A stretch of DNA of 64,000 bases from an uncultured bacterium (GTDB lineage Bacteria; Chloroflexota; UBA5177; JANWHV01): contig CAVSOU010000011.1 of the NCBI GenBank assembly GCA_963729625.1, positions 768,001 to 832,000 on the forward strand. The letters are read 5' to 3'. Under the pieces are notes generated by a model. The model was not told where the DNA came from. It made no database searches and saw only the letters and a program-made list of their open reading frames with translations. The position numbers and the translations under genes are program-made. Below, one piece after another: positions 1 to 10,558 of this stretch (positions are counted from its first letter, which is position 1; the number at the start of each line of letters is the position of its first letter).

Positions 1-418
1 GCCTTACTTCACTTGACGCCTGACGTGCGCGGTTCGCGAAGTCCTTGGCCCTGCCGCGAATCCCGGTGCATTGCAGAAATCCACCACATCGCTTGGCAGC
101 GTCCGTGCATGTCCGCGGTGCCGCGCCCACACGACATGGGCACCGATCTCAGGAGAGGTTGAGGGCACTGGGATTCCACCTAGGACGCCTTGGTAAAGAG
201 GATATCCGATACACCCTGGCGTGAGGGGAGCGGGATCGCATGATCCGATGGGTATGCGCGAAGCCGGCCGGGGTGCATGGAGGGTGGCGACGGTTGCCGG
301 CATACGACGCCTTCGCAACGCACGCCCGATCGCATTACACTTGGTCATGACGGACCTTGAGATGAAGTCGTGACGCGACTGCGTATGGCCGGCAGGTTTT
401 CGGAAGGAGAATGGACCG

Positions 419-2845
419 ATGAGCCAACCACGCCTGCATATGGTTGGGAACGCCCATTTGGACCCCGTCTGGCTCTGGCGATGGTCCGAGGGTTGTGCCG
501 AGGCCATCGGCACCTGCTGGGCGGCCGTCGAGTTGCTGGCAGACTACCCGGGCGTGATCTTTACACGTGGAGAAGCCGTCATATACCGGTGGATCGAGGA
601 TCTGGATCCCGAGCTCTTTAGCCGGATTCGCGAGCTGGTGCAGGCCGGACGCTGGGCTGTCGTAGGCGGCTGGTGGCTGCAACCCGACTGTAACTTACCT
701 GGTGGCGAGTCGTTCATTCGACAAGCGCTCTATGGCAAGCGCTACATCGCCGACAGGCTTGGGATCGACGTGACGATTGGCTACAACGTGGACAGCTTCG
801 GTCACGCGGCCACCCTGCCGATGCTTCTGCGTCACACGGGGTTGTCCCACTACGTGTTCATGCGGCCCAAGGAGCACGAACACCCGTTGCCCGCGTCGCT
901 CTTCGACTGGGTAGCGCCCGATGGCTCGGCGGTCACCGCCTTTCGCATACCGGTTAGCTACCACACCGCTGCCGGCACGGCGCCTTCGACACAACGCAAG
1001 ATTGAGCTGATGGAAGAGTGGGCGGAACGCGAGCGACTGCCGTTGATGTGCTTCTACGGGATCGGCAACCACGGCGGCGGCCCCACGCGCCTGGATGTGG
1101 CAGTGATCGCCGAGATGCAGGCCGCAGGGCACAACCTCCTATTCAGCGATCCGCACTGCTATTTCGACGAGGTGGATGCCATGCCGCGCCCTGCCGTGCA
1201 GGAGGAGCTGCAGATACACGCGATAGGCTGCTATTCTGCGGTTTCATCGCTCAAGCGGCTGAATCGACACGCTGAGGCTGCTCTCGGCCGAGCCGAGGCG
1301 TCGTGTACGCTTGCGCGGCTTCACGCTAGTACGCCATATCCTCATGAACAGATTCGCCGGCTATGGGAGACCTTGCTGTTTAACCAATTTCACGACATCC
1401 TGTGCGGCACGAGCGTGCCAAGCGCAACGCTCGACTCAGAGCAACAGCTCGGAGGAGTCATCCAGGATGCCGAGCAACTGACCACGTACGCGCTGAGACA
1501 CCTGGCGGCGACCGTTGCGCCCGCGCCTTATCCGGCAGACTCAACGTTTCTGGTCTTCAACCTGGCCGGCGCGGCTCAGGACATGCCTATCGAATATGAG
1601 CCGTGGACCAGCTGGAAGGAGACTGAAACGTACCGACTGCTCGACGACACGGACGCGGAAGTCGTGTACCAAGATGTGCAGCCTGAGAATTACGCGCATC
1701 CGGGTCTGCACCGCATCCTCTTCGCGCCACGAGTGCCGGCATTCAGTTATCGGCTGTTTCGCTTCGCGGAAGGGGCCACGGAACGCAGGCTTCCGGCGAG
1801 CCTTCGCGTGACGCCAAACTGCCTAGAAAACTCACGCTGGCGCGTAGAGATCGATCCGGCCACAGGTGGCATCGCCTCCATGTACGACAAGCAGGTGGGG
1901 CGAGCGCTGTTTTCCTCTGTCGCGCACCTACCAGTCGTGGTCGACGACCATTCGGACACCTGGGGTCACGATATCGACCATTTTGCCCTAACCGGCGAGG
2001 CTTTTCAGTGCGAACAAGTGGGCACACTGGAAGAGGGCGCGCTGCGCGGCGCCATTCGGGCGCGCAGCCAATGCGCCGCGTCTACCATCACGAGCATATA
2101 TCTCCTGTACGACGACCCCGAGCTCCCCCTGGAGATTCGCGTCACCGTCGACTGGCATCAGCGACACCAGCTGCTGAGGCTGTGCTATCCGTTTGCGCTC
2201 GGCTCGCCTGTGTTCCGCTACGAGGTTCCGTACGGCTCGGTATGCCGCTCAGACGACGGACGCGAATATCCCGGCCAGCGCTGGGTACTCGTGTCCGGCG
2301 ACGGCGAGTACGGCGCGGCGCTTGCCAACGACGCCAAGTACTCCTACGCAGCGGCAAACGGCACTCTCTACGTTACGGCCCTGCGCTCGCCCATCTTCAC
2401 GCACCACGTTCCCTATGCACTCGATCCGGCCGGCGACTACCCATACGTGGATCAAGGCGAGCAGAGCTTCACGCTGAGGCTCCTGGCCGGCAAGCAGATC
2501 GGGGCCTCTGCCGCACACCGGCTGGCCGACGAGCTGCTGAGCTCGCCCGTGGCCACGCCGCACGTTGCGCGCATGGGCATCGGGCCTTTCCGGGCGAGTC
2601 TGCTCGAGATGGGCTCCGGCTCGTCCACGGTCACCTGGCTCAAAATAGCGGAAGACGGATCGGGCGCCATCCTGCGCATTGTCGAGCACGAAGGTTGCGC
2701 GGACACGGTGGTACTGCAGCCGTCCGGCGACCGCTTCACCGTACAGCCCCATGGCGTGCTCACGCTCTGGCGCGACGGCAAAGGGCATTGGCAACAACGT
2801 GATGGCATGGAGGCACAACTCGTAGCGCCGGCGTCAAATCCGTAA
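419..2845 (+). CDS. Alpha-mannosidase, glycoside hydrolase family 38
   Basis: 808-aa ORF with SD AAGGAG. GH38 motifs GNAHLDPVWLW, GGWWLQPDCNLPGGES, VDSFGH, YGIGNHGGGPT, NQFHDILCGTS. Confidence 0.92.
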   Translation: MSQPRLHMVGNAHLDPVWLWRWSEGCAEAIGTCWAAVELLADYPGVIFTRGEAVIYRWIEDLDPELFSRIRELVQAGRWAVVGGWWLQPDCNLPGGESFIRQALYGKRYIADRLGIDVTIGYNVDSFGHAATLPMLLRHTGLSHYVFMRPKEHEHPLPASLFDWVAPDGSAVTAFRIPVSYHTAAGTAPSTQRKIELMEEWAERERLPLMCFYGIGNHGGGPTRLDVAVIAEMQAAGHNLLFSDPHCYFDEVDAMPRPAVQEELQIHAIGCYSAVSSLKRLNRHAEAALGRAEASCTLARLHASTPYPHEQIRRLWETLLFNQFHDILCGTSVPSATLDSEQQLGGVIQDAEQLTTYALRHLAATVAPAPYPADSTFLVFNLAGAAQDMPIEYEPWTSWKETETYRLLDDTDAEVVYQDVQPENYAHPGLHRILFAPRVPAFSYRLFRFAEGATERRLPASLRVTPNCLENSRWRVEIDPATGGIASMYDKQVGRALFSSVAHLPVVVDDHSDTWGHDIDHFALTGEAFQCEQVGTLEEGALRGAIRARSQCAASTITSIYLLYDDPELPLEIRVTVDWHQRHQLLRLCYPFALGSPVFRYEVPYGSVCRSDDGREYPGQRWVLVSGDGEYGAALANDAKYSYAAANGTLYVTALRSPIFTHHVPYALDPAGDYPYVDQGEQSFTLRLLAGKQIGASAAHRLADELLSSPVATPHVARMGIGPFRASLLEMGSGSSTVTWLKIAEDGSGAILRIVEHEGCADTVVLQPSGDRFTVQPHGVLTLWRDGKGHWQQRDGMEAQLVAPASNP

Positions 2846-2903
2846 GAACTCTATTCATCGCTCATGCCAGTAGCAGGGGTTCCATTCGCCGCTGCGCCCG
2901 GGC

Positions 2904-5900
2904 TCAGGCAGAGTCTTCGATAAGCAGCTGCGGTGCCGTAAGGATGCCCGACGGCTTCAACTGGTACTCATAGGCCCATTGGTCACCGCTCGTGCGCCAG
3001 GCGTTGGGACCGAACCAGGTCCAACGGCGGTCAGCGTTGTGGACCGGGCCGAACGCGTTGACCCGGTTGCCGTAGACCGTCACGTCTAGTGTGTGCGAAC
3101 CCGCGGCAAGCAGGCCGAGCTCCAGGCTGTACGGGGCAAACGCGATCTTGCCGGCTTGCTTCCCATCCAACGCGACGGAGAGGAGCGGGGCCTTGAAGTC
3201 CGGGACGTGCAGCACCAGAGCGCGATCCGCGGCCTCGAACGAGCAATGGTAGACGACGTTCCCGGCGTAGAATGGCAGTCCCTGCGACGTCCAGTCGCCG
3301 AAAGCCAGCTCCCGTGGAGGTGCCACGATGCGGGCGTGCCGTCCGTGCTGGACGACCCCGAAGTCTCCGAGCAGATAGCACCACTCGACGTTGCTGCGCC
3401 GGCCAAAGGGCAGGCGCAATGTCAGCGCGTGGCTGCCGGCGCGCAGGGTCGGAAGCGGCACCGTCGTTATCGCTTCGTCCACGAACCACCCGCTGACGTT
3501 GTTGGACACCGTCGCTCCGTCGATCGCGATGGCGATCTCGGCAGCGTTCTCGAGCGCAAGCAGCGGTCGCTCGACATCTATGTCGCATGCGACGGCAAAG
3601 CGTAGGTCGAGCGTGTGCGGAGCGCTCGGAACGTCGGCCTCCGACCACGGCTGAGCAATGGCGTCCATCTTGAGCGGATACCCGAGCTGCGTACGCAGCA
3701 GGTTGTCGACGCGAAGCACCTCCTCCGCAGGTTGCCAGGCGCCATCATCGAAGCGGAATTCGGCCTGATCGAACAACAGCACGTTCGGCTCGGACAGCGA
3801 GATCGGGACCGGATCGGCGATCAACCTATACTGCGACGTGTTGACGCCGGCAGGCGAGGGCTGCAGGCCGGGTATGTCGGCCGCCTGGGAGGGATCGAGA
3901 TAGACGAGCAGGCTGCCCTGGGCATAGAAGTCCCAGACGAACCGGGTCCAGCCATCGTGGATGGTGGCTGGGAGCGGACGGCTGGTGCCAGCCAGAGTGT
4001 CGAAGTGCGTCACCGCCCAGGCGCCGCGCAACGAGACACGGGCTCCCGTGCAGTTCTCGTCCCGGCTCGGATTGCAGACAAACACGGCGCGGCGGTCGCC
4101 GTCGTCTCGAACCTGGTGCAGGAGCAGATCGGCAAGCCGGCCATCGGAGCGTCTTACCTCAACCTCGCGCACCGCTGCCAGCGCCTGCAGCAGCTGCCCC
4201 CGCGTGGCGGCGATGCGGGTACAGCGCTCCGCAAGCGCAGACGCACGGTCGGACGGCATGGCATCGACAAGTGAAGGCACCTCTCCAGCAAAGATCAACG
4301 TGCCGCCGGCGGCGGAAAAACGCTCCAGCCTGTCGAGAGAAGATGAACGAATCGTGCGCAGGCCGGGCACTATCACCCTCTCATACTGCATCTGTCCGAC
4401 CGGAAGCAACGCTTGATCCGCCTTCTCGAGAGGGCACAGGGATGGGAGCAGCGACTCGGCAATGAAATCGAAATCGATCAGCCCGTGCAGCAGCCAGGAG
4501 GTCAGATCCGCGAACGCTTGCTCTCGCTCGTCTCGTTCCACAGCACTCTGGTCGAGTGGGCCAAAGCAGAGCCAATAGGACTCTATGGGATGGATCACGC
4601 CGACGTGAACGCGCGCCACGCCACGCGTCAGCACCGTGTTGAGGCGTGCGAAATGGTCCTCGATCAGCGGGTACTCGCGGTACCACGGCGATTGATAGTG
4701 GATGGAAGCAGGGTAGTCCCTCTTCGCCTCTCCCGCCATAGAAACCCACGAGAGATGCGGCACGCGCACGGTAACGCCGAGCGCAGCCTGCCAATCGCCC
4801 TGCGCCTTGTGTCCCGCGAAGTCAAAATCCCAATTAGTAACGCCGTAGAGCTCGCTAAGCACGCCTGGCCGGCCGTACTGGCGCGCCGCACTCTGCGCCT
4901 GCTTCGCCGTCGTGTATTCATGCCAGTCGCAGAGCATGTCTATACCCGGTATGTGGAATGAACGGTACGAGCGCATCGCCTCGCTCAGCGTGGCGGTCTG
5001 CGACTCGAGAAGCGGCTCCTCCATCATGTGACCGGTCAGGGCGAGGCCATGCTCGCCGCACCAGGTGCCAATGGTGTCCGCGAACGCTTGGGCGAAGCAC
5101 TCGGCCACATGATCGTGGTACTGGTAACGGGCCAACGATGGACGCCCCGCAGGAAGATCCCACACCAGCTCGGGCAGCCGGTCGAGCAGGTCGTACGCGT
5201 GTGTGCTCTGAAAGCTTTCGGCAAATGCCGACGTCCACGGTAGCAGCACGTCGATCGCATCCTCAGCCCGCGGGAGCGAAGTCTTGCGCACGAACTGCGG
5301 CTCGTCGGTGAAGATGGCCGGGACGAGCGTGCCGAAGTCTGCGCCGAGTAGCGCTGCATAGCGCTCGTGCGTGATCTCGACGAAGCGCTCGATGGCAGCC
5401 TTGTCCAGCGTGTCGACATACGTCTGGTTGTTCCACCAGGGAGACGGTGTAGCGGTCTCAAGATAGGCGTACCAGACACGACCGGCGGCGGGCGGCGCCT
5501 GGCCCTCGGTCAGCCGGCGGTAGGCAGCCAGGGCGGCGGCTTCGAGCAGGACGTGATAGCGAGCGACCAGAATCCCATTTTCGGCGTGGTTCGATCGCTC
5601 CAACCCTGCAAACCGCTGGGGGCCGACCAAGCCGCTGTAAGGCTGTGTCGTCAGGCGGAGAAACTTGGCGCGAAACCGTGGGTCCTGGGTGACCAGGCCG
5701 CCTGCGAATCCGGAGGGCCAGCGGTCCTCATCGTATAGCCAGCAGAGCATGCCCTCGGATCTTGCTTTCTCAGCACACGCCTTCACATGGCCCATGAACT
5801 CCTCGCCCAGATAAGGGGTCGCCAGGCCGGTGCGTGCGTGGATGTGGAAGCCGCCAAAACCAGCTTCCTTCAGCCAGTCGATCTGGCGCAGCAGCTGATC

Positions 5901-6062
5901 GCGGTCCAGAAGTGTGTTCCAGGACCAAAAGGGCGTCCCGCGGTACTCGGCCGTGGGGTGACGGAACAGCTCGTCGTCGAGTCGGGGCGTGCCGCTGCGC
6001 GGGTAGAGCGCATGTGGGAGTTGAGTCACGCGCGCGTCTTGCCGGTGGGGTATGATCGCCAT
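2904..6062 (-). CDS. GH106-like (alpha-L-rhamnosidase-like) glycoside hydrolase
   Basis: Motifs RGTPFWSWN, GFGGFHIHARTG, WLYDEDRWPSGFAGG, IFTDEP, LTGH, SELYG, KRDYPAS. ATG 6062 preferred over ORF-track 6110. Confidence 0.8.
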   Translation of the reverse strand: MAIIPHRQDARVTQLPHALYPRSGTPRLDDELFRHPTAEYRGTPFWSWNTLLDRDQLLRQIDWLKEAGFGGFHIHARTGLATPYLGEEFMGHVKACAEKARSEGMLCWLYDEDRWPSGFAGGLVTQDPRFRAKFLRLTTQPYSGLVGPQRFAGLERSNHAENGILVARYHVLLEAAALAAYRRLTEGQAPPAAGRVWYAYLETATPSPWWNNQTYVDTLDKAAIERFVEITHERYAALLGADFGTLVPAIFTDEPQFVRKTSLPRAEDAIDVLLPWTSAFAESFQSTHAYDLLDRLPELVWDLPAGRPSLARYQYHDHVAECFAQAFADTIGTWCGEHGLALTGHMMEEPLLESQTATLSEAMRSYRSFHIPGIDMLCDWHEYTTAKQAQSAARQYGRPGVLSELYGVTNWDFDFAGHKAQGDWQAALGVTVRVPHLSWVSMAGEAKRDYPASIHYQSPWYREYPLIEDHFARLNTVLTRGVARVHVGVIHPIESYWLCFGPLDQSAVERDEREQAFADLTSWLLHGLIDFDFIAESLLPSLCPLEKADQALLPVGQMQYERVIVPGLRTIRSSSLDRLERFSAAGGTLIFAGEVPSLVDAMPSDRASALAERCTRIAATRGQLLQALAAVREVEVRRSDGRLADLLLHQVRDDGDRRAVFVCNPSRDENCTGARVSLRGAWAVTHFDTLAGTSRPLPATIHDGWTRFVWDFYAQGSLLVYLDPSQAADIPGLQPSPAGVNTSQYRLIADPVPISLSEPNVLLFDQAEFRFDDGAWQPAEEVLRVDNLLRTQLGYPLKMDAIAQPWSEADVPSAPHTLDLRFAVACDIDVERPLLALENAAEIAIAIDGATVSNNVSGWFVDEAITTVPLPTLRAGSHALTLRLPFGRRSNVEWCYLLGDFGVVQHGRHARIVAPPRELAFGDWTSQGLPFYAGNVVYHCSFEAADRALVLHVPDFKAPLLSVALDGKQAGKIAFAPYSLELGLLAAGSHTLDVTVYGNRVNAFGPVHNADRRWTWFGPNAWRTSGDQWAYEYQLKPSGILTAPQLLIEDSA

Positions 6063-6165
6063 CTTTTCACCGCACCTCTGCTGCATGCGCAGCTCGCAGA
6101 CCTCGCGCATGCCGATGTCGCGCCAGCCCGCTATGCAGCCGCAGGAAGGCGAGCCATGCCAGATG

Positions 6166-6194
6166 TTGACAGACGCCTGTCACAGGTCTACTAT
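6166..6194 (+). promoter_or_regulatory. Sigma70-type promoter with overlapping inverted repeat
   Basis: TTGACA(6166-6171)-N17-TACTAT(6189-6194). IR TGACAG-acgc-CTGTCA at 6167-6182. Confidence 0.6.
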
Positions 6195-6672
6195 CTGCTA
6201 AGTCTCTATCATACCGGATAGCAGGTGGGAAGCCCGATGAGCCGAGCTGTGCTGTTCGAGCAGCTTCCGCGCGAGCACTCCCGGCACGCACCGGTGTGCA
6301 ACTCAGAATCTCGCCGCCGTTTCCATACTGGCATCGGCGATCGACCGGATCGAGCACCTTGGATGGGGCTGGGCCGAACAGCGCGAGTGGACACTTGGGG
6401 CGTACCTGCACCGGCAATTGCGGGTCTTCCCAGGCACCACGGTGCTGACTCCCGACGACTGGCAGTTGTCGTCGGCCATCACAGCCTTTTCGATCGCGGC
6501 GTCGAAGCCCTGCGCTTGCACACGTTCGGGACGACGTGGCGTTTCGCTGTCCATCCCTTTCCGGACCGTCGGGGAGACCGGCGCGTCGTATGAGCGGCAC
6601 AGGTGCCCGCTGGGCGACTGTCGCGTCCGGCGGTCTCTTCAGCTCGTGATGGAAGGTTGGGAGGGTTGTCTT

Positions 6673-7854
6673 GTGGAAGACTCGCGCACCGTCGTCGATG
6701 CATTGATGCGTGGCGGGAAGCCCGGACGCGTGGGATTGGTGGACGGCCCGTGGCCGGAAACCGTGCTCGCCTGGATCGAGCAGGGCTATCCCATGCGGGA
6801 TCGGAAGATCCATAAAGAGGTGGGCGAGCACTATTGGCGACCAGAGGACGGCAGGTGGGAGGAGGTCGAGCGGAGCGGCGACTACGAAGAGCCACAACCG
6901 ATCTGGGAGCACTTTGACTACGACATGGTCGGCGTGGGCGGTTGGTTCGATTGGCATCCTTTGCGCGACTGCGACGAGCTTGTCGAGGAGCACGGCGACT
7001 GGGAGGTACGGCGCAACGGCTCGGGCGCCTCGCTCAAGTTCTGGAAACACCGGTCAGGCACCCCCGAGCACATCGGCTTCCGCATGACCAGCCGCGACGT
7101 CTGGGAGCGCGATTACCGCCCGCGGCTGCTGGAATGGGATGTCGAACGGTTCGGGAATCTGGACGAGACGCGCAAGGCCCTTGCCGAGGCCAGGGCGGCC
7201 GGCAAGTGGACGCACTACGGGCATCAGTTCATCTGGGAGAATATGCGGCAAAGCCTGGGTGATATCACACTGTATGAGAGCTTGCTGCTCGATCCCGCGT
7301 GGATTCATGATTATTGCCGGGTGTACACCGACATGTACAAGCGCTATTTCGGCTACCTCATCGCGAACGTGGGCAAGCCCGACGGCATCTGGCTGTACGA
7401 AGACCTAGGCTACAAGAACGGACTGTTCGCCTCGCCAAAGGTGCTGGGCGAGCTGATCTTTCCGTATTTTCACGAGCTGGTGGAGTTCTTCCATAGCTTC
7501 GACCTGCCGGTGGTGCTGCACAGCTGCGGAAGCACGGCGCAGGCCTTGCCGCTGATCGTGGACGCCGGCTTTGACGCCCTCAACCCGATGGAACGCAAGG
7601 CGAAGGGTAACGATCCTTTAGCGTTCGCCGCGCAGTATGGCGATGAGCTGGCGTTCATCGGCGGGCTGGATGTCCGCGTCTTCGAGACCAACGACCGGGA
7701 GATTATCAAGCGCGAGGTCACCACGTACATCGAAGGCATGAAGGCGCGCGGTGCCCGCCTGGTGTTCGCGTCAGATCACTCAATCCCGCCTACTGTGACT
7801 TACGCGACGTACAAGTACATTGTCGACACGTACCGGGACCTGATGGCATATTGA
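6673..7854 (+). CDS. Uroporphyrinogen decarboxylase / MtaA-CmuA methyltransferase superfamily protein
   Basis: Motifs YEDLGYKNGLFASP, VVLHSCG, GFDALNPME, FIGGLD, ASDHSIP. GTG 6673 follows a GGAGGG SD. Confidence 0.85.
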   Translation: MEDSRTVVDALMRGGKPGRVGLVDGPWPETVLAWIEQGYPMRDRKIHKEVGEHYWRPEDGRWEEVERSGDYEEPQPIWEHFDYDMVGVGGWFDWHPLRDCDELVEEHGDWEVRRNGSGASLKFWKHRSGTPEHIGFRMTSRDVWERDYRPRLLEWDVERFGNLDETRKALAEARAAGKWTHYGHQFIWENMRQSLGDITLYESLLLDPAWIHDYCRVYTDMYKRYFGYLIANVGKPDGIWLYEDLGYKNGLFASPKVLGELIFPYFHELVEFFHSFDLPVVLHSCGSTAQALPLIVDAGFDALNPMERKAKGNDPLAFAAQYGDELAFIGGLDVRVFETNDREIIKREVTTYIEGMKARGARLVFASDHSIPPTVTYATYKYIVDTYRDLMAY

Positions 7855-7890
7855 GCGGCCCGCGGCAGCTTTCCCGCACTCACCGGTGTG

Positions 7891-8085
7891 CTAGCGCAGG
7901 AACAGCTGTACGACTGGCACGACGACATCCGGCCTGCGAACCGGCAGCTTGAGCAGCGCCGTGTCCCCGCAGGGCTTGCCGGGATCCAGATACGCGATTT
8001 GCTGCGGCCGCGCGCTCGACGTGCTGAAACCGACCTCGCTGCCATCAAGCAGTAGCTGCGCGTATTCGATGCGGCCCGCCAGGCT
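7891..8085 (-). pseudogene. Remnant resembling the C-terminus of a GH29 alpha-L-fucosidase
   Basis: LAGRIEYAQLLLDGSEV...LLKLPVRRPDVVVPVVQLFLR* matches the recalled C-terminal pattern of bacterial GH29 enzymes. No catalytic domain upstream. Confidence 0.55.
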
Positions 8086-8292
8086 GCACTCAGGATGCGT
8101 GGGCGGTAGCAGCTTCAACGCCACGTCACGTCCGAGTAATGGCAGCGGTTTCAGCAGCTTCTCGCGTGAACCAGGAGTTGGCAAGAGCGTTCCACAGCAT
8201 CCCGACGCGCCAACTGCCCATCGGCCCAGCGCAGGTCGGCGCACTCCTGCGCCCGCAGGCCGGCATGCGCACCGAGCAGCACCAGCACGCGA

Positions 8293-8683
8293 TCAGGGCA
8301 GGGGATCACGCGCTGGGTGCATGACCCAGCTCAGACCCATCGCCTGTGCACCCCGGTAGAAACGTCCGTCCACGGTCCAGAGCGTCGTGCCTGCCTGCTC
8401 CGCCAGCGCGGCATACGCCATGTCAAAGAGCGAACCTCGACGGCTGCGATAGCTCAACTCAATGCCCCGCGCGTAGATATCACTGCGATAGTCGCGCACG
8501 CTGCCCATCAGGCAGCTGTTCCCACTGCGGGGTCAGCGATATAGTGCTGGTCCCAGTTTGATGCACGCGGTCGACCAGCGCAATGTCGTAGGCTGCGACC
8601 GCCTGCACCAACTCAATGGCTTCCGTCGGCAAGAGCGTTGGCAACGGTGGATGGGCCAGACACAGCCGGTAGAGCGCGTTGGC
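8293..8683 (-). pseudogene. PIN-domain (VapC-like) toxin pseudogene, 5'-truncated and interrupted
   Basis: ANALY...EAIELV in one frame and SLFDMAYAALAEQAGTTLWTVDGRF in another. Removing 8491-8569 joins the two frames. Confidence 0.65.
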
Positions 8684-9037
8684 CTTCGGGCTTGCGTGGT
8701 AGCTGGTGCTCAAACGGTCGGCAAGTCCATCCGGCCCGCATCTGCGTGGTTCCCGGCCAACACCGCTCGCCAAGCGGCCGGCTGCGACTGCGCGGTCCAA
8801 GGAAACTGCTCCGCAGGCTAGCGATGTGCTATATCCTGCAACCAGGCTGAAGGTTGCCGGACTGGCTACCTCAGATCGGTTCATTTCCGTCGGTTCCGTC
8901 ATGTGCCCCTCTGGCGATACTTGGCGGGCGAGGATATTGTCAGAGGTACTGGGCACGAAGAGCGGTGCCACGCTGGCGGCCCGAAGCACGGCACGATCCG
9001 CGGCAGCGCAGAAGAGAGGAAAACGAGGACTGAAGCC

Positions 9038-10558
9038 ATGAGCGCGACGATGCAGGTCCATCTGGACGTTGACCGCACGGCCGGGACACGCGATCCCGCC
9101 TTCTTCGGCCATTTCCTCGAGCACTTCCACCGCCAGATCTACGGCGGCATCTTCGAGCCGGGCTCGCCGCTTGCCGACGAGCAGGGCTTGCGCACGGACG
9201 TCATCGAGGCGCTCCGGCACATCCAGCCGGCGGTGATCCGCTGGCCCGGTGGCTGCTTCGTCTCCGCGTACCACTGGCGGGACGGCGTGGGACCGGATCG
9301 CCAGCCAACCTTCGACAAGGCCTGGCGAGTCGAAGAGCCGAACACCTTCGGCACCGACGAGTTCATCGCCTTCTGCCGGGCGGTCGGCGCCGAGCCGTAT
9401 CTGTGCACCAACGCCGGCACGGGGACGCCTGAGGAGATGAGCGACTGGGTGGAGTACTGCAACCTCGAGAGCGAGGGCCGCTGGGCCGCGCGGCGCCGTG
9501 CCAACGGGCACGCGGCGCCGCACGCCGTGCGCTACTGGAGCATCGGCAACGAGAACTACGGCTGGTGGGAGATCGGGGCCAAGGACTCCGAGGAGTGGGC
9601 ACGCTACGTTCTCGAAGCGGCCAAGATGATGAAGCGGGTGGACGACACCATTCAGGTATGCGCGGCGGCCACCTCCGACCGGGCCTGGAGCATGCGGCTG
9701 CTCGAGCGGGCCGGCCGCTACCTCGACCTGATCGCGCTGCACGACTACCCGGCCCGTGGCGATACCCCGTACCTGACCTGCATGAGCGCCATACGAGACG
9801 CGGAAGCGAAGGTCGTCGCCATGGAGCAGATGCTGGGCCTCCTGCAGTTGTCTGATCGGGTTCGCATCGCCTTCGACGAGTGGAATCCCCGCGGCTGGCA
9901 TCATCCTGGTCACGCCGATGTGGCGCCGCGAGCGATTGAGGAGTGGCGGCGGAACGACGACAACAGCGTCTACACCATGGCCGACGCGCTCCTCTACGCC
10001 GGCTTCCTGAACACCTGCCTGCGCCACTGCCGCAGCGTGGCCATGACCAACCTCTCGCCGGTCGTGAACACGCGGGGCGCGATCTACGTCCACCCGGAGG
10101 GACTGGTTCTGCGGCCCACCTACCACGTGTGCGACCTGTACGCCAACCACACCTACCCGGAGGTGCTCGACGCCCACGTCGCTTCGCCCGCCTTCGAGGC
10201 GTCGCGGCTGGACGGGACTGCCACGATGGTGGCCTACGGGGACGTGTGCGCGACGATCGACCGCCGGCAGCGGCGGCTGGCCGTCGCCGTGTGCAACACG
10301 CACCCGGAGGAGGAGCTGACCTGCCGTATCTGGGTACCGGGGGTGACGCTAGCTGCGCGGGGCACCGTGCGCACGCTGACCGGACCCACGTTGGAGGCGT
10401 ACAACGATCGCGATCGGCCAACCGACGTGCAGATTGCCATCAGCTCCTTACGCAGCGAGACTGACACCTGCACGCTCCACCTGGATCCGCACTCGGTGAG
10501 CGTCACTACGCTCAGTCTCGATCCAGATTCAGCGCCTGCCAGCTGCCCAGCAGGATAG
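9038..10558 (+). CDS. Alpha-L-arabinofuranosidase, GH51
   Basis: Motifs FGHFLEH, IRWPGGCF, EPNTFGTDEF, WSIGNENYG, IAFDEWN. ATG 9038 follows GAGGA. Confidence 0.93.
   Translation: MSATMQVHLDVDRTAGTRDPAFFGHFLEHFHRQIYGGIFEPGSPLADEQGLRTDVIEALRHIQPAVIRWPGGCFVSAYHWRDGVGPDRQPTFDKAWRVEEPNTFGTDEFIAFCRAVGAEPYLCTNAGTGTPEEMSDWVEYCNLESEGRWAARRRANGHAAPHAVRYWSIGNENYGWWEIGAKDSEEWARYVLEAAKMMKRVDDTIQVCAAATSDRAWSMRLLERAGRYLDLIALHDYPARGDTPYLTCMSAIRDAEAKVVAMEQMLGLLQLSDRVRIAFDEWNPRGWHHPGHADVAPRAIEEWRRNDDNSVYTMADALLYAGFLNTCLRHCRSVAMTNLSPVVNTRGAIYVHPEGLVLRPTYHVCDLYANHTYPEVLDAHVASPAFEASRLDGTATMVAYGDVCATIDRRQRRLAVAVCNTHPEEELTCRIWVPGVTLAARGTVRTLTGPTLEAYNDRDRPTDVQIAISSLRSETDTCTLHLDPHSVSVTTLSLDPDSAPASCPAG

Noticed and set aside
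4-513. 169-aa minus ORF at window start
   Set aside because: Overlaps the GH38 start and has no recognisable motif.
8480-10303. 607-aa minus-strand ORF
   Set aside because: Antisense shadow of the GH51 gene in GC-rich DNA. Only its last part overlaps the PIN remnant.
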